Source: an uncultured Actinomycetes bacterium (GTDB lineage Bacteria; Actinomycetota; UBA4738; HRBIN12). Taken from it: 64,000 nucleotides of DNA. A program made the position numbers and the translations under genes. Below the pieces are notes generated by a model, which saw only the letters and a list, made by a program, of their open reading frames with translations, searched no databases and had not been told where the DNA came from. Below, piece by piece: positions 1 to 11,595 of the stretch (its first letter is position 1; the number at the start of each line of letters is the position of its first letter). Where the stretch lies: positions 3,200,001 through 3,264,000 of the forward strand of contig OY969934.1 in assembly GCA_963704725.1 (NCBI GenBank). The letters run 5' to 3'.

Positions 1-115
1 CTTCGCCCTCGCGGATGCGTAGGGTCACGGTCGAAGCCTAGTTCGTGATGACCGACTCCGACTCGCCCAACCCTGCCGACGCTTCTCGCGCGCCCAGGCG
101 TGGCAGGATGGATGA

Positions 116-382
116 GTGAGCAAGGACCTCGGATTCGGCTGCGCGTATTGCGCCGACGAACAGAACCGGGCTTTCGGGCACGTAGAGCAGATCGGATCGA
201 ATGAACTGGGAAGGCTGCTTCTCCAGTGTCCGCGGTGCTCAACGCTCTACGAGCTCACACCTGGGCGCGACGTGATTCGACGACTCTCCGAACATGACGC
301 ACGCGAGCTCTTCCCAGACGACGGACCCGGTGACGCGCTGAGTCGGTTCGGACCGAGCCCGGGGATGTCGTCGGAAACGTGA
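116..382 (+). CDS. Small hypothetical protein with two CxxC motifs (possible zinc ribbon)
   Basis: 88-aa ORF with CAYC and CPRC; codon usage is less GC-skewed than the neighbours. Confidence 0.45.
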   Translation: MSKDLGFGCAYCADEQNRAFGHVEQIGSNELGRLLLQCPRCSTLYELTPGRDVIRRLSEHDARELFPDDGPGDALSRFGPSPGMSSET

Positions 383-419
383 CTGGAACGCCTCGAGGGA
401 GGCGAGTCACTCGGGATCA

Positions 420-660
420 GCCAGCCGAGGGTTCCCCCGAGGGCGACGTCGAGGTCAACGCGCAGTCGAGCGGAATCCACCCGAGGAGCCCGACGAGCGG
501 CATCGGCGATGACGGCTCGCGAGACGAACCGTCGCGGTCGCACGGGATGGAGCTCGGCCACCGGCGTCCCCTTCCGCGTGACGATGACGTGACCAGTCTG
601 TGTCTCGCGGAGCACGCCCGCGAGGTCCCTACCAGCTCAGTCTCGCTGATGGTCCGAGCC
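420..660 (-). pseudogene. Degenerate Phd/YefM-family (VapB-like) type II antitoxin
   Basis: VLRETQTGHVIVTRKGTPVAELHPVRPRRFV matches the Phd core (VIVTRxGxPVAEL). The expected N-terminus (ARTISETEL) is in another frame and lacks a start codon. No adjacent toxin. Confidence 0.6.
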
Positions 661-715
661 TATTCACCGACTCTACCTGCGCGGGATCTCGGCGCGCAGC
701 ACCCGTGGGAACTGA

Positions 716-2284
716 TCAGCCAGGGTCGCCCTCGCGGGGATGGAGCAGCCCGTAGAGGTAGCCGTCGACGAGAGCTTCCCACGAGGCCTCGATGATGTTC
801 TCCGAGACGCCGACGGTGGTCCACTCGCGCTGCCCGTTCGAGGTGTCGATCAGGACGCGGACGACGGCGCCGGTGCCGTGGGTCTCGTCGAGGACGCGGA
901 CGCGGAAGTCCTCGAGCGAGATGTGTTCGAGCTCGGGGTAGTCGTTCGTGAGCGCCTTGCGGAGCGCGTTGTCGAGCGCGCCGACGGGCCCTTGGCCCTC
1001 GGCGCTCTCGATGTGGCGCGTCCCCTTCGTCACGACCTTCACGGTGGCCTCGGCGAGCGGCGACTCGCCGTGGCGCTCCTCGACGTGCACGCGGTAGCTC
1101 TCGATCTCGAAGAAGGGCTGGCTCCACCCGTCGGCCCGGCGCATCAGCAGCTCAAGCGAGGCGTCGGCGACCTCGAACGTGTAGCCGCGGGCCTCCCGGT
1201 CCTTGAGCTCGTCGAGCAGGCCGGGCACCGATCCCTCCGGCATGGCGACGCCGAGCTCGACGGCCTTCATCCGGAGCGTGGCCGCCCCGCCGAGGTCGCT
1301 CGCCACGACACCGCGGCGGTTGCCGACGGCCTCGGGCTCGACGTGCTCGTACGCCCGGGTCAGCCGCGACACGCCGCTCGCGTGCAGGCCGGCCTTGTGC
1401 GTGAACGCGAACCGTCCTGCATAGGGCTGGCGCGCGTCGGGCGCGACGTTCGCCACCTCGGCGACGTAGTGCGAGAGCTCCGTGAGGCGCTCCACCGAGC
1501 CCTGAGGTAGGCACTCGGCGCCCATCTTCAGGATGAGATTCGCGGCGATCGGGACCAGGTCCGCGTTCCCGGTGCGCTCGCCGTAGCCGTTCACGACCGC
1601 CTGGACGTGCTCGACTCCGTGCTCCACCGCGACGAGCGAGTTCGCCACGGCGCAGCCGGTGTCGTTGTGGACGTGGATGCCGAGCGGCGTGCGGACCTGC
1701 GGCACGATCGCGTCGACGACCGACGCCACCTCGAGCGGCAGCATGCCGCCGTTCGTGTCGCAGAGCACGAGGCGCTCGGCGCCGGCCTCCTCCGCCGCGC
1801 GGAGCACCCGGACGGCGAACGCCGGGTCCGAGCGGTACCCGTCGAAGAAGTGCTCGGCGTCGAAGAACACGCGCCGGCCCTCGGCGACCAGGAACGCGAT
1901 CGAGTCGCGCACCATGGCCTCCCCCTCGTCGAGGTCGGTCCGCAGCGTCTCCGTGACGTGGAGGTCCCACGACTTCCCCACCAGGCACACGACCTCGGTG
2001 CCGGCGTCGAGCAGGTCGCGGAGCACCGCCGAGTCCTCGGCGCGCTCCCCCGCCCTCCGGGTCATGCCGAACGCCGTGAGCGTGGCGTGCCTCAGCTCCT
2101 CCTTCGTCGCGAGGCGGAAGAACTCGGTGTCGCGCGGGTTCGCGCCGGGCCAGCCGCCCTCGACGTACGGGACGCCGAGCTGGTCGAGCTTGCGCAGGAT
2201 CCGCAGGCGGTCCTCGATCGAGTACGAGAACCCGGTGCCCTGCGCCCCGTCGCGCAGCGTCGTGTCGTAGAGCTCGACCCTCAT
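716..2284 (-). CDS. cimA: Citramalate synthase
   Basis: YDTTLRDGAQG, EGGWPGANP, FDAEHFFDG, HVHND, GYGERTGNA, C-terminal TVGVSENIIEASW; ATGA overlap with leuB. Confidence 0.92.
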   Translation of the reverse strand: MRVELYDTTLRDGAQGTGFSYSIEDRLRILRKLDQLGVPYVEGGWPGANPRDTEFFRLATKEELRHATLTAFGMTRRAGERAEDSAVLRDLLDAGTEVVCLVGKSWDLHVTETLRTDLDEGEAMVRDSIAFLVAEGRRVFFDAEHFFDGYRSDPAFAVRVLRAAEEAGAERLVLCDTNGGMLPLEVASVVDAIVPQVRTPLGIHVHNDTGCAVANSLVAVEHGVEHVQAVVNGYGERTGNADLVPIAANLILKMGAECLPQGSVERLTELSHYVAEVANVAPDARQPYAGRFAFTHKAGLHASGVSRLTRAYEHVEPEAVGNRRGVVASDLGGAATLRMKAVELGVAMPEGSVPGLLDELKDREARGYTFEVADASLELLMRRADGWSQPFFEIESYRVHVEERHGESPLAEATVKVVTKGTRHIESAEGQGPVGALDNALRKALTNDYPELEHISLEDFRVRVLDETHGTGAVVRVLIDTSNGQREWTTVGVSENIIEASWEALVDGYLYGLLHPREGDPG

Positions 2285-3326
2285 GCGAGGGCTCCCTCCA
2301 CGACCAGGTCGCCGACCTCGCTCGTCGAGTACCCCATCTGGCCCGCGCGCATCGACGCCATCTTCGAGCACGCGAACCGGATCCCGGCGTCGACACGCGC
2401 CGCGGCATCTGCCTCGCCGAGCTCGGTCAGGAGCATCCCCACGGCGCCGATCGCCGCGAGCGGGTTGATCGTCCCCTTGCCGGTGTGATCGGGTGCGGTG
2501 CCCCCGATCGGCTCGAACATCGACACGCCGTCGGGGTTGATGTTGCCTCCGGCCGCGATGCCCATCCCGCCCTGGATCATGGCGCCGAGGTCCGTGATGA
2601 TGTCGCCGAACATGTTGTCGGTGACGATCACGTCGAACCGGGACGGCTGATCGAGCAGGTAGATGCAGCAGGCGTCGACGTGGACGTAGTCGCGCTCGAC
2701 GGAGGCGTACTCGGAGGCGCCGACCTCGTCGACGACCCGCTGGTAGAGGTCGCCGGCGAAGGTGAGCACGTTCGTCTTGTGGACGAGCGTGAGCTTGCGG
2801 CGCCTCCGAGCTGCCAGCTCGAACGCGTACCGGACGATCCGCTCGACGCCGTGCCGGGTGTTGATCGACTCCTGCACGGCGACCTCGTGCGGGGTGCCCT
2901 TGCGGTGGAACCCGCCCGCGCCGCTATACAGGCCCTCGGAGTTCTCCCGGACGACGACCAGGTCCACGTCGTCCTCCGTGTGCGAGGGGACGAGCGTCTT
3001 CACCCCCGGGTACCGGATCATGGGTCGCAGGTTCACGTACTGGTCGAGCTCGAACCGGATCCGGAGCAGGAGGTCGCGCTCGAGGATCCCCGGGCGGATC
3101 CGCGGATCGCCCACGGCGCCGAGCAGGACGGCGTCCATCTCTCGCAACCGTTCGAGCTCCTCGTCGGGAAGGACCTCACCGGTCCGCAGGTAGCGTTCGC
3201 CGCCGAGGTCGAACTCGACGAGCTCGACGTCGAACCCCCGCCGCACCGCGTCGAGGACCTTGAGGCCCTCGAGGACGACCTCGGGCCCGGTCCCGTCGCC
3301 GGCGATGACCCCGACCCGGTGCGGCG

Positions 3327-3330
<4 letters not shown>
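2281..3330 (-). CDS. leuB: 3-isopropylmalate dehydrogenase
   Basis: [45 protein letters not shown]; operon context. Confidence 0.93.
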
Positions 3331-4933
<1,603 letters not shown>

Positions 4934-4937
<4 letters not shown>

Positions 4938-5947
4938 GTCGGCGGCACCTTCCTCTCGGACTCCAGCCAGGGCATCATCCGGCGCAGCTCCCGCCCGACG
5001 TCCTCGAGGCGGGAGGTTCGCGCCTCCTGACGCATCCGAAGGAAGTTGGGGAAGCCGGCGTCGGCCTCCCCGATCCACTCCTTGGCGAAGGCGCCGCTCT
5101 GGATCTCGTCCAGGATGCGGCGCAGCTCCTTCCGCGTGCCGTCGTCCGCGATCCGCGGCCCGCGCGTGTAGTCCCCGTACTCGGCCGTGTCGCTGATGGA
5201 GTAGCGCATCCACGACAGGCCACCCTCGTAGATCAGGTCCACGATGAGCTTGAGCTCGTGCAGGCACTCGAAGTACGCGATCTCCGGCTGGTAGCCGGCC
5301 TCCACGAGCATGTCGAACGCCTGCCGCACGAGCGCGCTCGTGCCACCGCACAGGATCGTCTGCTCGCCGAACAGGTCGGTCTCGGTCTCTTCCTTGAAGG
5401 TGGTCTCGATCACGCCGGCCCGCGCCGCGCCGATGCCGGCGGCGTACGCGAGCGCGCGGTCGCGGGCCCGGCCCGTCGCATCCTGGTGCACGGCGACGAG
5501 CGCCGGCGTGCCGATCCCCTGCTCGAACGTGCGCCGGACGAGGTGCCCGGGGCCCTTGGGGGCGATCATCGTCACGTCGACGTCGGCGGGCGGCTCGATG
5601 GTCCCGAAGTGGATGTTGAAGCCGTGGGCGAACATCAGCATGTCGCCGGCCTTCAGGTTCGGCGCGATCTCCTCCTCGTACACCTTGGCCTGCGAGGTGT
5701 CGGGCAGGACCACCATCGCGACGTCGGAGTCGGCGACGGCGTCGGCGATCGACCGGACCGTCAGGCCGCCCTCCTCGGCGGCCGCCGCGGAGGAGCTGCC
5801 GGGGCGCAGGCCCACCCGGACGTCGTGTCCCGAGTCCTTGAGGTTCAGCGCGTGCGCGTGTCCCTGGCTGCCGAACCCGAGCACGGCGATCCGCTGCCCG
5901 GCGAGCGCCGAGGCGTCGGTGTCCTTCTCGTAGTAGATCGTGGCCAT
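4934..5947 (-). CDS. ilvC: Ketol-acid reductoisomerase
   Basis: [47 protein letters not shown]. Confidence 0.97.
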
Positions 5948-5973
5948 CCGCGTCCTCTCGCTCGCGCCGGCGG

Positions 5974-6528
5974 TCAGACCCCGCCGCCGTTCCAGTCCTC
6001 GGCCCCGGCGGCGGCGGCGCGGGGGCGCTTGCTCTTCTCGCGGATCCCCCGGTCGCCCCGCGCGAGCGCGATCCGGCCGGTCCGGGAGAGCTCGATCACG
6101 CCGTAGTCGCCGAGCAGCGAGAGCAAGGCCTCGAGCTTCTCCGGCTTGCCCGTGGCTTCCAACGTGAGCGTCGAGTGCGTCACGTCGACCACGGTCGCGC
6201 GGAAGACCGTGGCGATCTCCATCACCCGATGACGGTCCTCCCCCACCGCGCGGACCTTCACGAGCATGAGCTCGCGCTCGACGGCCTCCCCCGGCTCGTG
6301 CTCGAGGATCTTGATGACGTTGATCAGCTTGTTCAGCTGCTTCGTGATCTGCTCGAGCGGCTTTCGGTCGACCTGAACGACGATCGTCATCCGCGAGAGG
6401 CCGTCGTCGGCCGTCGGGCCCACCGCGAGCGAGTCGATGTTGAAGCCCCGGGCGGCGAACAGCCCCGCCACGCGCGTCAGCACACCGGGCTTGTCCTCCA
6501 CGAGCACGGAGATCGTGTGCAGCATCAT
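5974..6528 (-). CDS. ilvN: Acetolactate synthase small (regulatory) subunit
   Basis: [44 protein letters not shown]; ATGA overlap with ilvB. Confidence 0.95.
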   Translation of the reverse strand: MMLHTISVLVEDKPGVLTRVAGLFAARGFNIDSLAVGPTADDGLSRMTIVVQVDRKPLEQITKQLNKLINVIKILEHEPGEAVERELMLVKVRAVGEDRHRVMEIATVFRATVVDVTHSTLTLEATGKPEKLEALLSLLGDYGVIELSRTGRIALARGDRGIREKSKRPRAAAAGAEDWNGGGV

Positions 6529-8273
6529 GCGACGGGGGCCTCGGCGGGATCGTTGACGGGTTTGAGGCCCTCGGGGCCGACGATGATGTCGTCGTTCGAG
6601 GCGCCGGCCGGGACCATGGGGAAGCACATCTCCCTCGAGTCGACGCGGAAGTCGATCACCACGCTGCGGTCGGTGACGGACAGGGCCTTGTCGATCACGG
6701 CGTCGACCTCGTCGGGATGCTCGGCGCGGAGACCGACCGCGCCGTACGCCTCCGCCAGCTTCACGTAGTCCGGCGTGTCGTAGGACAGGTAGACCTGCGA
6801 GTACCGCTCCTCGTAGAAGAGCTCCTGCCACTGCCTGACCATCCCGAGGTGCGCGTTGTTGATGATCGCCGTGACGAACGGGATGTGCTCGGTGGACGAC
6901 GTCGCGAGCTCTTGGGCCGTCATCTGGAAGCACCCGTCGCCGTCGATCGCGATCACGCGCTCGTCGGGACGGCCGGCCGCCGCGCCGAGCGCCGCCGGCA
7001 CCGCGAACCCCATCGTGCCCAGGCCGCCCGAGTTGATCCAGGTCCGGGGCCGCGTGAACCGCCAGAACTGCGACGCCCACATCTGGTGCTGGCCGACGCC
7101 GGACACCACGATCGCCTCGCCCTTCGTGTGCTCGTACAGCCGCTCGATGGCGAACTGCGGCTTCAACGGGCCGTCGGCCGGCTGCTCGTACTTCAACGGA
7201 TAGGTCCGCTTCCAGTCCTCGAGCGTCGAGAGCCACTCGGAGCGGTCCGGAACCCCACCCGACTCCTCCTGGAGGCGCTTCAGCTCGGCGTGGAGCTTGG
7301 AGATCACGTCCCTCGCGTCGCCGACGATCGGCACGTCGGCCGCACGGTTCTTCCCGATCTCCGCCGGGTCGATGTCGACGTGGATCACCTGGGCGCCGGC
7401 GGCGAACGACGCGAGGTGTCCCGTGACCCGGTCGTCGAACCGCGACCCAAGGGCGACCAGCACGTCCGCCTTCTGCATCGCGGTGACGGCCGTGTACGCA
7501 CCATGCATCCCGGGCATGCCGAGCGCGAGCTCGTGCGTGTCGGGGAAGGCGCCCCGCGCCATGAGTGTGGTGGTGACCGGAAGCCTCGAGTCGACCGCCA
7601 GCCGGAACAGCTCCTTGCTGGCGTTCGCCTTGATCACGCCGCCCCCCACGTACAGGACGGGGCGCTCGGCCTCCATGATCATCCGGGCGGCCGTGCGCAC
7701 CTGCTTCAGGTTGCCCTTGGTGGTGGGCCTGTACCCGGGCAGGTCCACCGACTCCGGCCAGTGCCAGGTGATCTCCTGCAGCTGGACGTCCTTGGGGATG
7801 TCGACCAGGACCGGACCCGGCCGGCCGGTCGAGGCGATGTGGAAGGCCTCGCGGATCGTCTCGGCGAGGTCGTTGGCGTCCTTCACCAGGTAGTTGTGCT
7901 TGGTGACCGGCATCGTGATGCCGCAGATGTCGGCCTCCTGGAAGGCGTCGTTGCCGACCACCGGCGTCGGGACCTGGCCGGTGATCGCGACCAGGGGCAC
8001 CGAGTCCATCTTGGCGTCGGCGAGCGCCGTCACCAGGTTGCAGCCGCCCGGACCCGACGTGGCGATCGCCACGCCCACCCTCCCGGTCGCCCACGCGTAG
8101 CCCTCGGCGGCGTGCCCGGCGCCCTGCTCGTGCCGGCAGAGCACGTGCCGAAGGTTGGCCTCGATCAGCGGGTCGTAGGCGGGCAGGATCGCTCCGCCCG
8201 GGATCCCGAAGACCGTGTCCACGCCCTCGCCCTCGAGGGCCTTGAACAGCGCCTGGGCGCCGGTGACCTTCAT
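6525..8273 (-). CDS. ilvB: Acetolactate synthase large subunit
   Basis: [47 protein letters not shown] motif GDGCFQM...NN. Confidence 0.97.
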   Translation of the reverse strand: MKVTGAQALFKALEGEGVDTVFGIPGGAILPAYDPLIEANLRHVLCRHEQGAGHAAEGYAWATGRVGVAIATSGPGGCNLVTALADAKMDSVPLVAITGQVPTPVVGNDAFQEADICGITMPVTKHNYLVKDANDLAETIREAFHIASTGRPGPVLVDIPKDVQLQEITWHWPESVDLPGYRPTTKGNLKQVRTAARMIMEAERPVLYVGGGVIKANASKELFRLAVDSRLPVTTTLMARGAFPDTHELALGMPGMHGAYTAVTAMQKADVLVALGSRFDDRVTGHLASFAAGAQVIHVDIDPAEIGKNRAADVPIVGDARDVISKLHAELKRLQEESGGVPDRSEWLSTLEDWKRTYPLKYEQPADGPLKPQFAIERLYEHTKGEAIVVSGVGQHQMWASQFWRFTRPRTWINSGGLGTMGFAVPAALGAAAGRPDERVIAIDGDGCFQMTAQELATSSTEHIPFVTAIINNAHLGMVRQWQELFYEERYSQVYLSYDTPDYVKLAEAYGAVGLRAEHPDEVDAVIDKALSVTDRSVVIDFRVDSREMCFPMVPAGASNDDIIVGPEGLKPVNDPAEAPVA

Positions 8274-8593
8274 CGCGCCGCCGCCCAGGGCGTGCGCTCC
8301 TCGACCGGGCCGGTGGGGACCCGTCGCACCGAGGCGCCCAGCCGGTGGGCCAGGTTCCGAACCTGCCGCTCGAACTCCCACGGGGTCCAGTCACGGCGGT
8401 GGGAGGTCATGCCCTCCTCGTTCATCCCGCCGCCGAAGTCCCACCCGGCGTCCACATAGGCCTCTTCCTCGCCGAAGAACCGGTCGAACTGCGGCCGGTC
8501 GGCCTGGTCCGCCACGTCCACCGTGACCTGGGCGGGGCCTTCCCAGACGACGCTGGCCAGCGTGCGTCCCCCTCGTTCGAACTCGTATCGCAT
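8270..8593 (-). CDS. Hypothetical 107-aa protein, first gene after the ilv attenuator
   Basis: AAGGGAG RBS before the ATG; host-like codons; stop overlaps the ilvB start (ATGA). Confidence 0.75.
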   Translation of the reverse strand: MRYEFERGGRTLASVVWEGPAQVTVDVADQADRPQFDRFFGEEEAYVDAGWDFGGGMNEEGMTSHRRDWTPWEFERQVRNLAHRLGASVRRVPTGPVEERTPWAAAR

Positions 8594-8644
8594 GTCGCGC
8601 TCCCTTCGTGGTCTGGGCGGGGCGTGGGGCCGGATCCGGGGTAG

Positions 8645-8669
8645 AAAAAACCCCTCGCGCGGCGAGGGG
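8645..8669 (-). terminator. Attenuator intrinsic terminator of the ilv leader
   Basis: Minus strand CCCCTCGC-cgc-GCGAGGGG followed by TTTTTT, just downstream of the leader peptide. Confidence 0.9.
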
Positions 8670-8709
8670 CATCTGGCGCGGAGTCCGGGCCTCCTGGGCC
8701 CGGCCGCGC

Positions 8710-8763
8710 CTACGTAATAAGTACGAGGACCTGCGAGTTCCCGAGCTCCGTCCTCGTCGTCAT
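8710..8763 (-). CDS. ilv operon leader peptide MTTRTELGNSQVLVLIT
   Basis: 17 codons ending GTC CTC GTA CTT ATT (Val-Leu-Val-Leu-Ile, several rare in a high-GC genome), then a GC hairpin (8675-8710) and the terminator; typical actinobacterial ilvB attenuation. Confidence 0.88.
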   Translation of the reverse strand: MTTRTELGNSQVLVLIT

Positions 8764-8912
8764 GGTCCGCTCAGTCTACGAGCGGACCCGGGACTGTCAA
8801 CCTCCGGCCGACCGGTTCGCGCATCGGGCGGTCGGGGGACGGATCGCAGATCCCAACCGTCCGGACTGCTCGGGAAGCCGCGATCGGGGACCCACGGAGC
8901 ACGGTTTCGACG

Positions 8913-9695
8913 CTACCGGACGGCGGCGGCGGCCCACCGCCCGGCGACCCGCCGCACCGACAGGGGCAGGCCGAAGCAGGCGCTCACCGTCTCGGGCACC
9001 AGGACGGTGCCGGCGCTTCCGGCGGCCACCACGAGCCCGTCGCGAAGGAGCGCGACGTGCGTGGTCGTCGTGGGGAGCTCCTCGAGATGGTGCGTGACCA
9101 GGATCGTCGGCACGTCGTGGAGGTCGCCCGTCACCTCCAGGGCCGAGACGAGAGCCTCCCGACCGGGCAGGTCGAGCCCGGCCGCCGGCTCGTCGAGCAG
9201 CACCAGCCGCGGCCGGCCGAACAGGGCCCGGGCCAGGAGCACCCGTTGTCGCTCGCCTTGGCTGCACGCCTCGAACGCCTGACCGTCGAGGTGCTCGCAG
9301 CCGAGCCGCACGAGGAGCTCGTCGGCACGGCGACGGTCCGCCTCGTCGAACTCCTGGAACCAGGGGACGAGCGTGGACCGCTTGCCGGTGAGGACGACGT
9401 CGCGGACCGCCAGGCCGTCCGGGATACGGTCCGCGACGGCGTGCCCGACGAACGCGATGCGCTCGCGGAGCGCCTGGACGTCGACCCGGCCGAGCTCGGC
9501 GCCGAGGACCACGACGCGGCCCGCGCTCGGCTGGCGGATCGCGCCGGCCAGGCGGAGCAGCGTGGTCTTGCCCGAGCCGTTCGGGCCGAGGATCGCCCAC
9601 CGCTCGCCGGCGCCGATCAAGAGCGAGATCGGCCCGAGCACGCGGCGTCCGGCGATGCGGACCAGGGCGTCCTCGAACCCGACCACGGCGTCCAT
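8913..9695 (-). CDS. ABC transporter ATP-binding protein (ModF/YlmA-like)
   Basis: Walker A GPNGSGKT, signature CSQGERQR, Walker B LLDEP, VTHHLEE. Confidence 0.88.
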   Translation of the reverse strand: MDAVVGFEDALVRIAGRRVLGPISLLIGAGERWAILGPNGSGKTTLLRLAGAIRQPSAGRVVVLGAELGRVDVQALRERIAFVGHAVADRIPDGLAVRDVVLTGKRSTLVPWFQEFDEADRRRADELLVRLGCEHLDGQAFEACSQGERQRVLLARALFGRPRLVLLDEPAAGLDLPGREALVSALEVTGDLHDVPTILVTHHLEELPTTTTHVALLRDGLVVAAGSAGTVLVPETVSACFGLPLSVRRVAGRWAAAAVR

Positions 9696-9738
9696 CGCGC
9701 CGCAGCCTAGCGAGCGTCGCGCCCCCGGGCCGAGACGG

Positions 9739-10206
9739 TTACGCGATGAACACCCGGAACACGAAGTCGTACTCCGTGCCCGCGTCGTTCCGCGCCACCA
9801 GGCGCATGCTGCCGCGGGCTCCCCGGAACTCCCCGGTCCCGCCCGTGATCGCCATGACCGAGGGCGCGGCGTCGAAGAACGGGCCCTCGACCGTGAGCGA
9901 CCCGATCTCCAGCGCCGTGATCCAGCGGCACTCCCAGCTCACGCCGACCTCGATCCGGACGCACTCGCCCTGGTCGGTCCCGATCAGGGTCGTGTTGTCG
10001 GTGTCGAAGATCTCGTTGTGGAACGTCAGGAGATCTCCGGTCGAGTCGCCGTTCGTCGTGAGGTCGACCACCGTGTCGGTCGTGGCATGCTCGATCACCG
10101 CGATGCGCAGCACGTTCGGCCCCGCGGCCGAGACCGAGACCCACGACGCCACCAGCGCCGTCGCCGCGACGAACGCCGCGGCCACCCACGTCACCCGCTT
10201 GCCCAT
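9739..10206 (-). CDS. Secreted allene oxide cyclase/dirigent-like beta-barrel protein
   Basis: Signal peptide; GDSTGDLLTFHN, GTDQGECVR, ECRW, LTVEGPF, AITGGTGEFRGARG; GGAGG RBS. Confidence 0.75.
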   Translation of the reverse strand: MGKRVTWVAAAFVAATALVASWVSVSAAGPNVLRIAVIEHATTDTVVDLTTNGDSTGDLLTFHNEIFDTDNTTLIGTDQGECVRIEVGVSWECRWITALEIGSLTVEGPFFDAAPSVMAITGGTGEFRGARGSMRLVARNDAGTEYDFVFRVFIA

Positions 10207-10269
10207 GCGCCCCTCCTCCGGTTCGGACGCGACAGTCTCGCCCTCCACGGGGTTCCGGCGCAACGCCGA

Positions 10270-10962
10270 TCACCCGGGGGGGTCGATCCCCAGCTCCGCG
10301 CGCAGGCCCGTCGCGCCGGCCTCGGTCACCGCCACGGCCCGCCCGGGCCCGGCCCGGCGGATCCACCCGAGCGAGAAGAGCCGGTCGCACAGCCCCGCGC
10401 CGAGCGCGCCGGCCAGGTGGTGGCGACGCTCGGTCCAGTCCAGACAGGCGAGCGCGAAGCCGCGACGCTGTTCGCGGGCGGCGACGACGTCGACGCCGAG
10501 ATCGGCCAGCAGGCCGGCCCCCGCCCGCGTGAGCTCGAAGCGGTCGTCGCGCCGGCGGACGGCACGTCGCGAGACCAGCACGTCCGTCACCGCCACGCCG
10601 AGCCGCCCGGCCAGGTGGTCGTAGCACGTGCGACCCGCCCGGAGCCGCTCGGCGGCCGTGACCCCACGGAGGGAGGTCGCCGGCCGGCGGGGCGCCACCG
10701 CGGCGAGCGCCTCCAGCGCCCGGGCCACCTCGGGGCCGGCCAGCCGGTACCGGCGCTGCCGTCCCACCTGCCGCACCTCGACGAGACCCGCCTCGACGAG
10801 CGCGGCGAGATGCGCGCTGCCCGTCGAGGGAGCCACCCCCGCCTCGCGCGCCAGGTCTCCCGCCGGGTGGGACCCACCGTCGCACAGGACGTCCAGCATC
10901 GCCGTGCGGGCGTCGCTCGCCATCGCCCCGGCCACCGCGGCGATGTCGGCCTCGGAATGCAT
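10270..10962 (-). CDS. ArsR/SmtB-family transcriptional regulator (double winged helix)
   Basis: AGDLAREAGVAPSTGSAHL HTH, GRQRRYRL, RTCYDHLAG, CLDWTERRHHLAG. Confidence 0.9.
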   Translation of the reverse strand: MHSEADIAAVAGAMASDARTAMLDVLCDGGSHPAGDLAREAGVAPSTGSAHLAALVEAGLVEVRQVGRQRRYRLAGPEVARALEALAAVAPRRPATSLRGVTAAERLRAGRTCYDHLAGRLGVAVTDVLVSRRAVRRRDDRFELTRAGAGLLADLGVDVVAAREQRRGFALACLDWTERRHHLAGALGAGLCDRLFSLGWIRRAGPGRAVAVTEAGATGLRAELGIDPPG

Positions 10963-10985
10963 GATTCGATGATAGCCGAATCATG
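10960..10985. promoter_or_regulatory. Inverted repeat, probable operator of the ArsR regulator
   Basis: CATGATTCG-N8-CGAATCATG between divergent genes, overlapping the regulator start codon. Confidence 0.7.
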
Positions 10986-11030
10986 ACTGTCGTACCATGC
11001 CGGGCATCCCGACGGACGGAGGTGGCGACG

Positions 11031-11507
11031 ATGAGCGACGAGCGACCCGAGGTCGACGAGCGCGACCCCGCCGAGGCGATCGCGCAGATGGTGGAGCGGG
11101 TCCTCGGCCTGGCGCGGACGTGGACGGCGTGGGACGGCCGGCCGCGGCCGGTCGACGACCGCGTGTACACGCCGCACAAGGCGATCCGCCGTGTGGCCGA
11201 CCACATGCTCGACCACCTGGCGCAGCTCGAGGCGCACCTCGTCGGGGCGGTGCCGATCCCCGACGCGTGGCACGCCTCGGCCATCACGACCCCGGCCGAC
11301 CTCGCCCCGTTCGGTCTCGAGGATCTCGACGAGGCGCGGAGCCGGCTCTCCCGGCTCGCCGAGATCTGGCGCCTCCGTCTGGCCTCGGTCCCACCGGACG
11401 AGCTCGACCGGGCCCCGGGCGACGCGTACACGCCGCGGGAGATGGCGTTCTGCGTCGCCGGATCCGCGTACTACGCGGACGCCGTCGGGGAGCTGTCGAC
11501 GGGCTGA
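11031..11507 (+). CDS. Conserved hypothetical protein (DinB-like helical bundle)
   Basis: GGAGG RBS; YTPHKAIRRVADHMLDHLA motif; divergent from the ArsR gene. Confidence 0.7.
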   Translation: MSDERPEVDERDPAEAIAQMVERVLGLARTWTAWDGRPRPVDDRVYTPHKAIRRVADHMLDHLAQLEAHLVGAVPIPDAWHASAITTPADLAPFGLEDLDEARSRLSRLAEIWRLRLASVPPDELDRAPGDAYTPREMAFCVAGSAYYADAVGELSTG

Positions 11508-11595
11508 CGTTCCGCGCGGTGGGCGGCGCCGGAGGCCACGTCGGGCCGGCGCGGCCGGGCTCTCGGAGCCCGGCCGCGTGCCCGTCCCGCGCTCG

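Noticed and set aside
1-28. Possible 5' end of a minus-strand gene (GTG, MTLRIREGE)
   Set aside because: Only nine codons are visible, too little to call.
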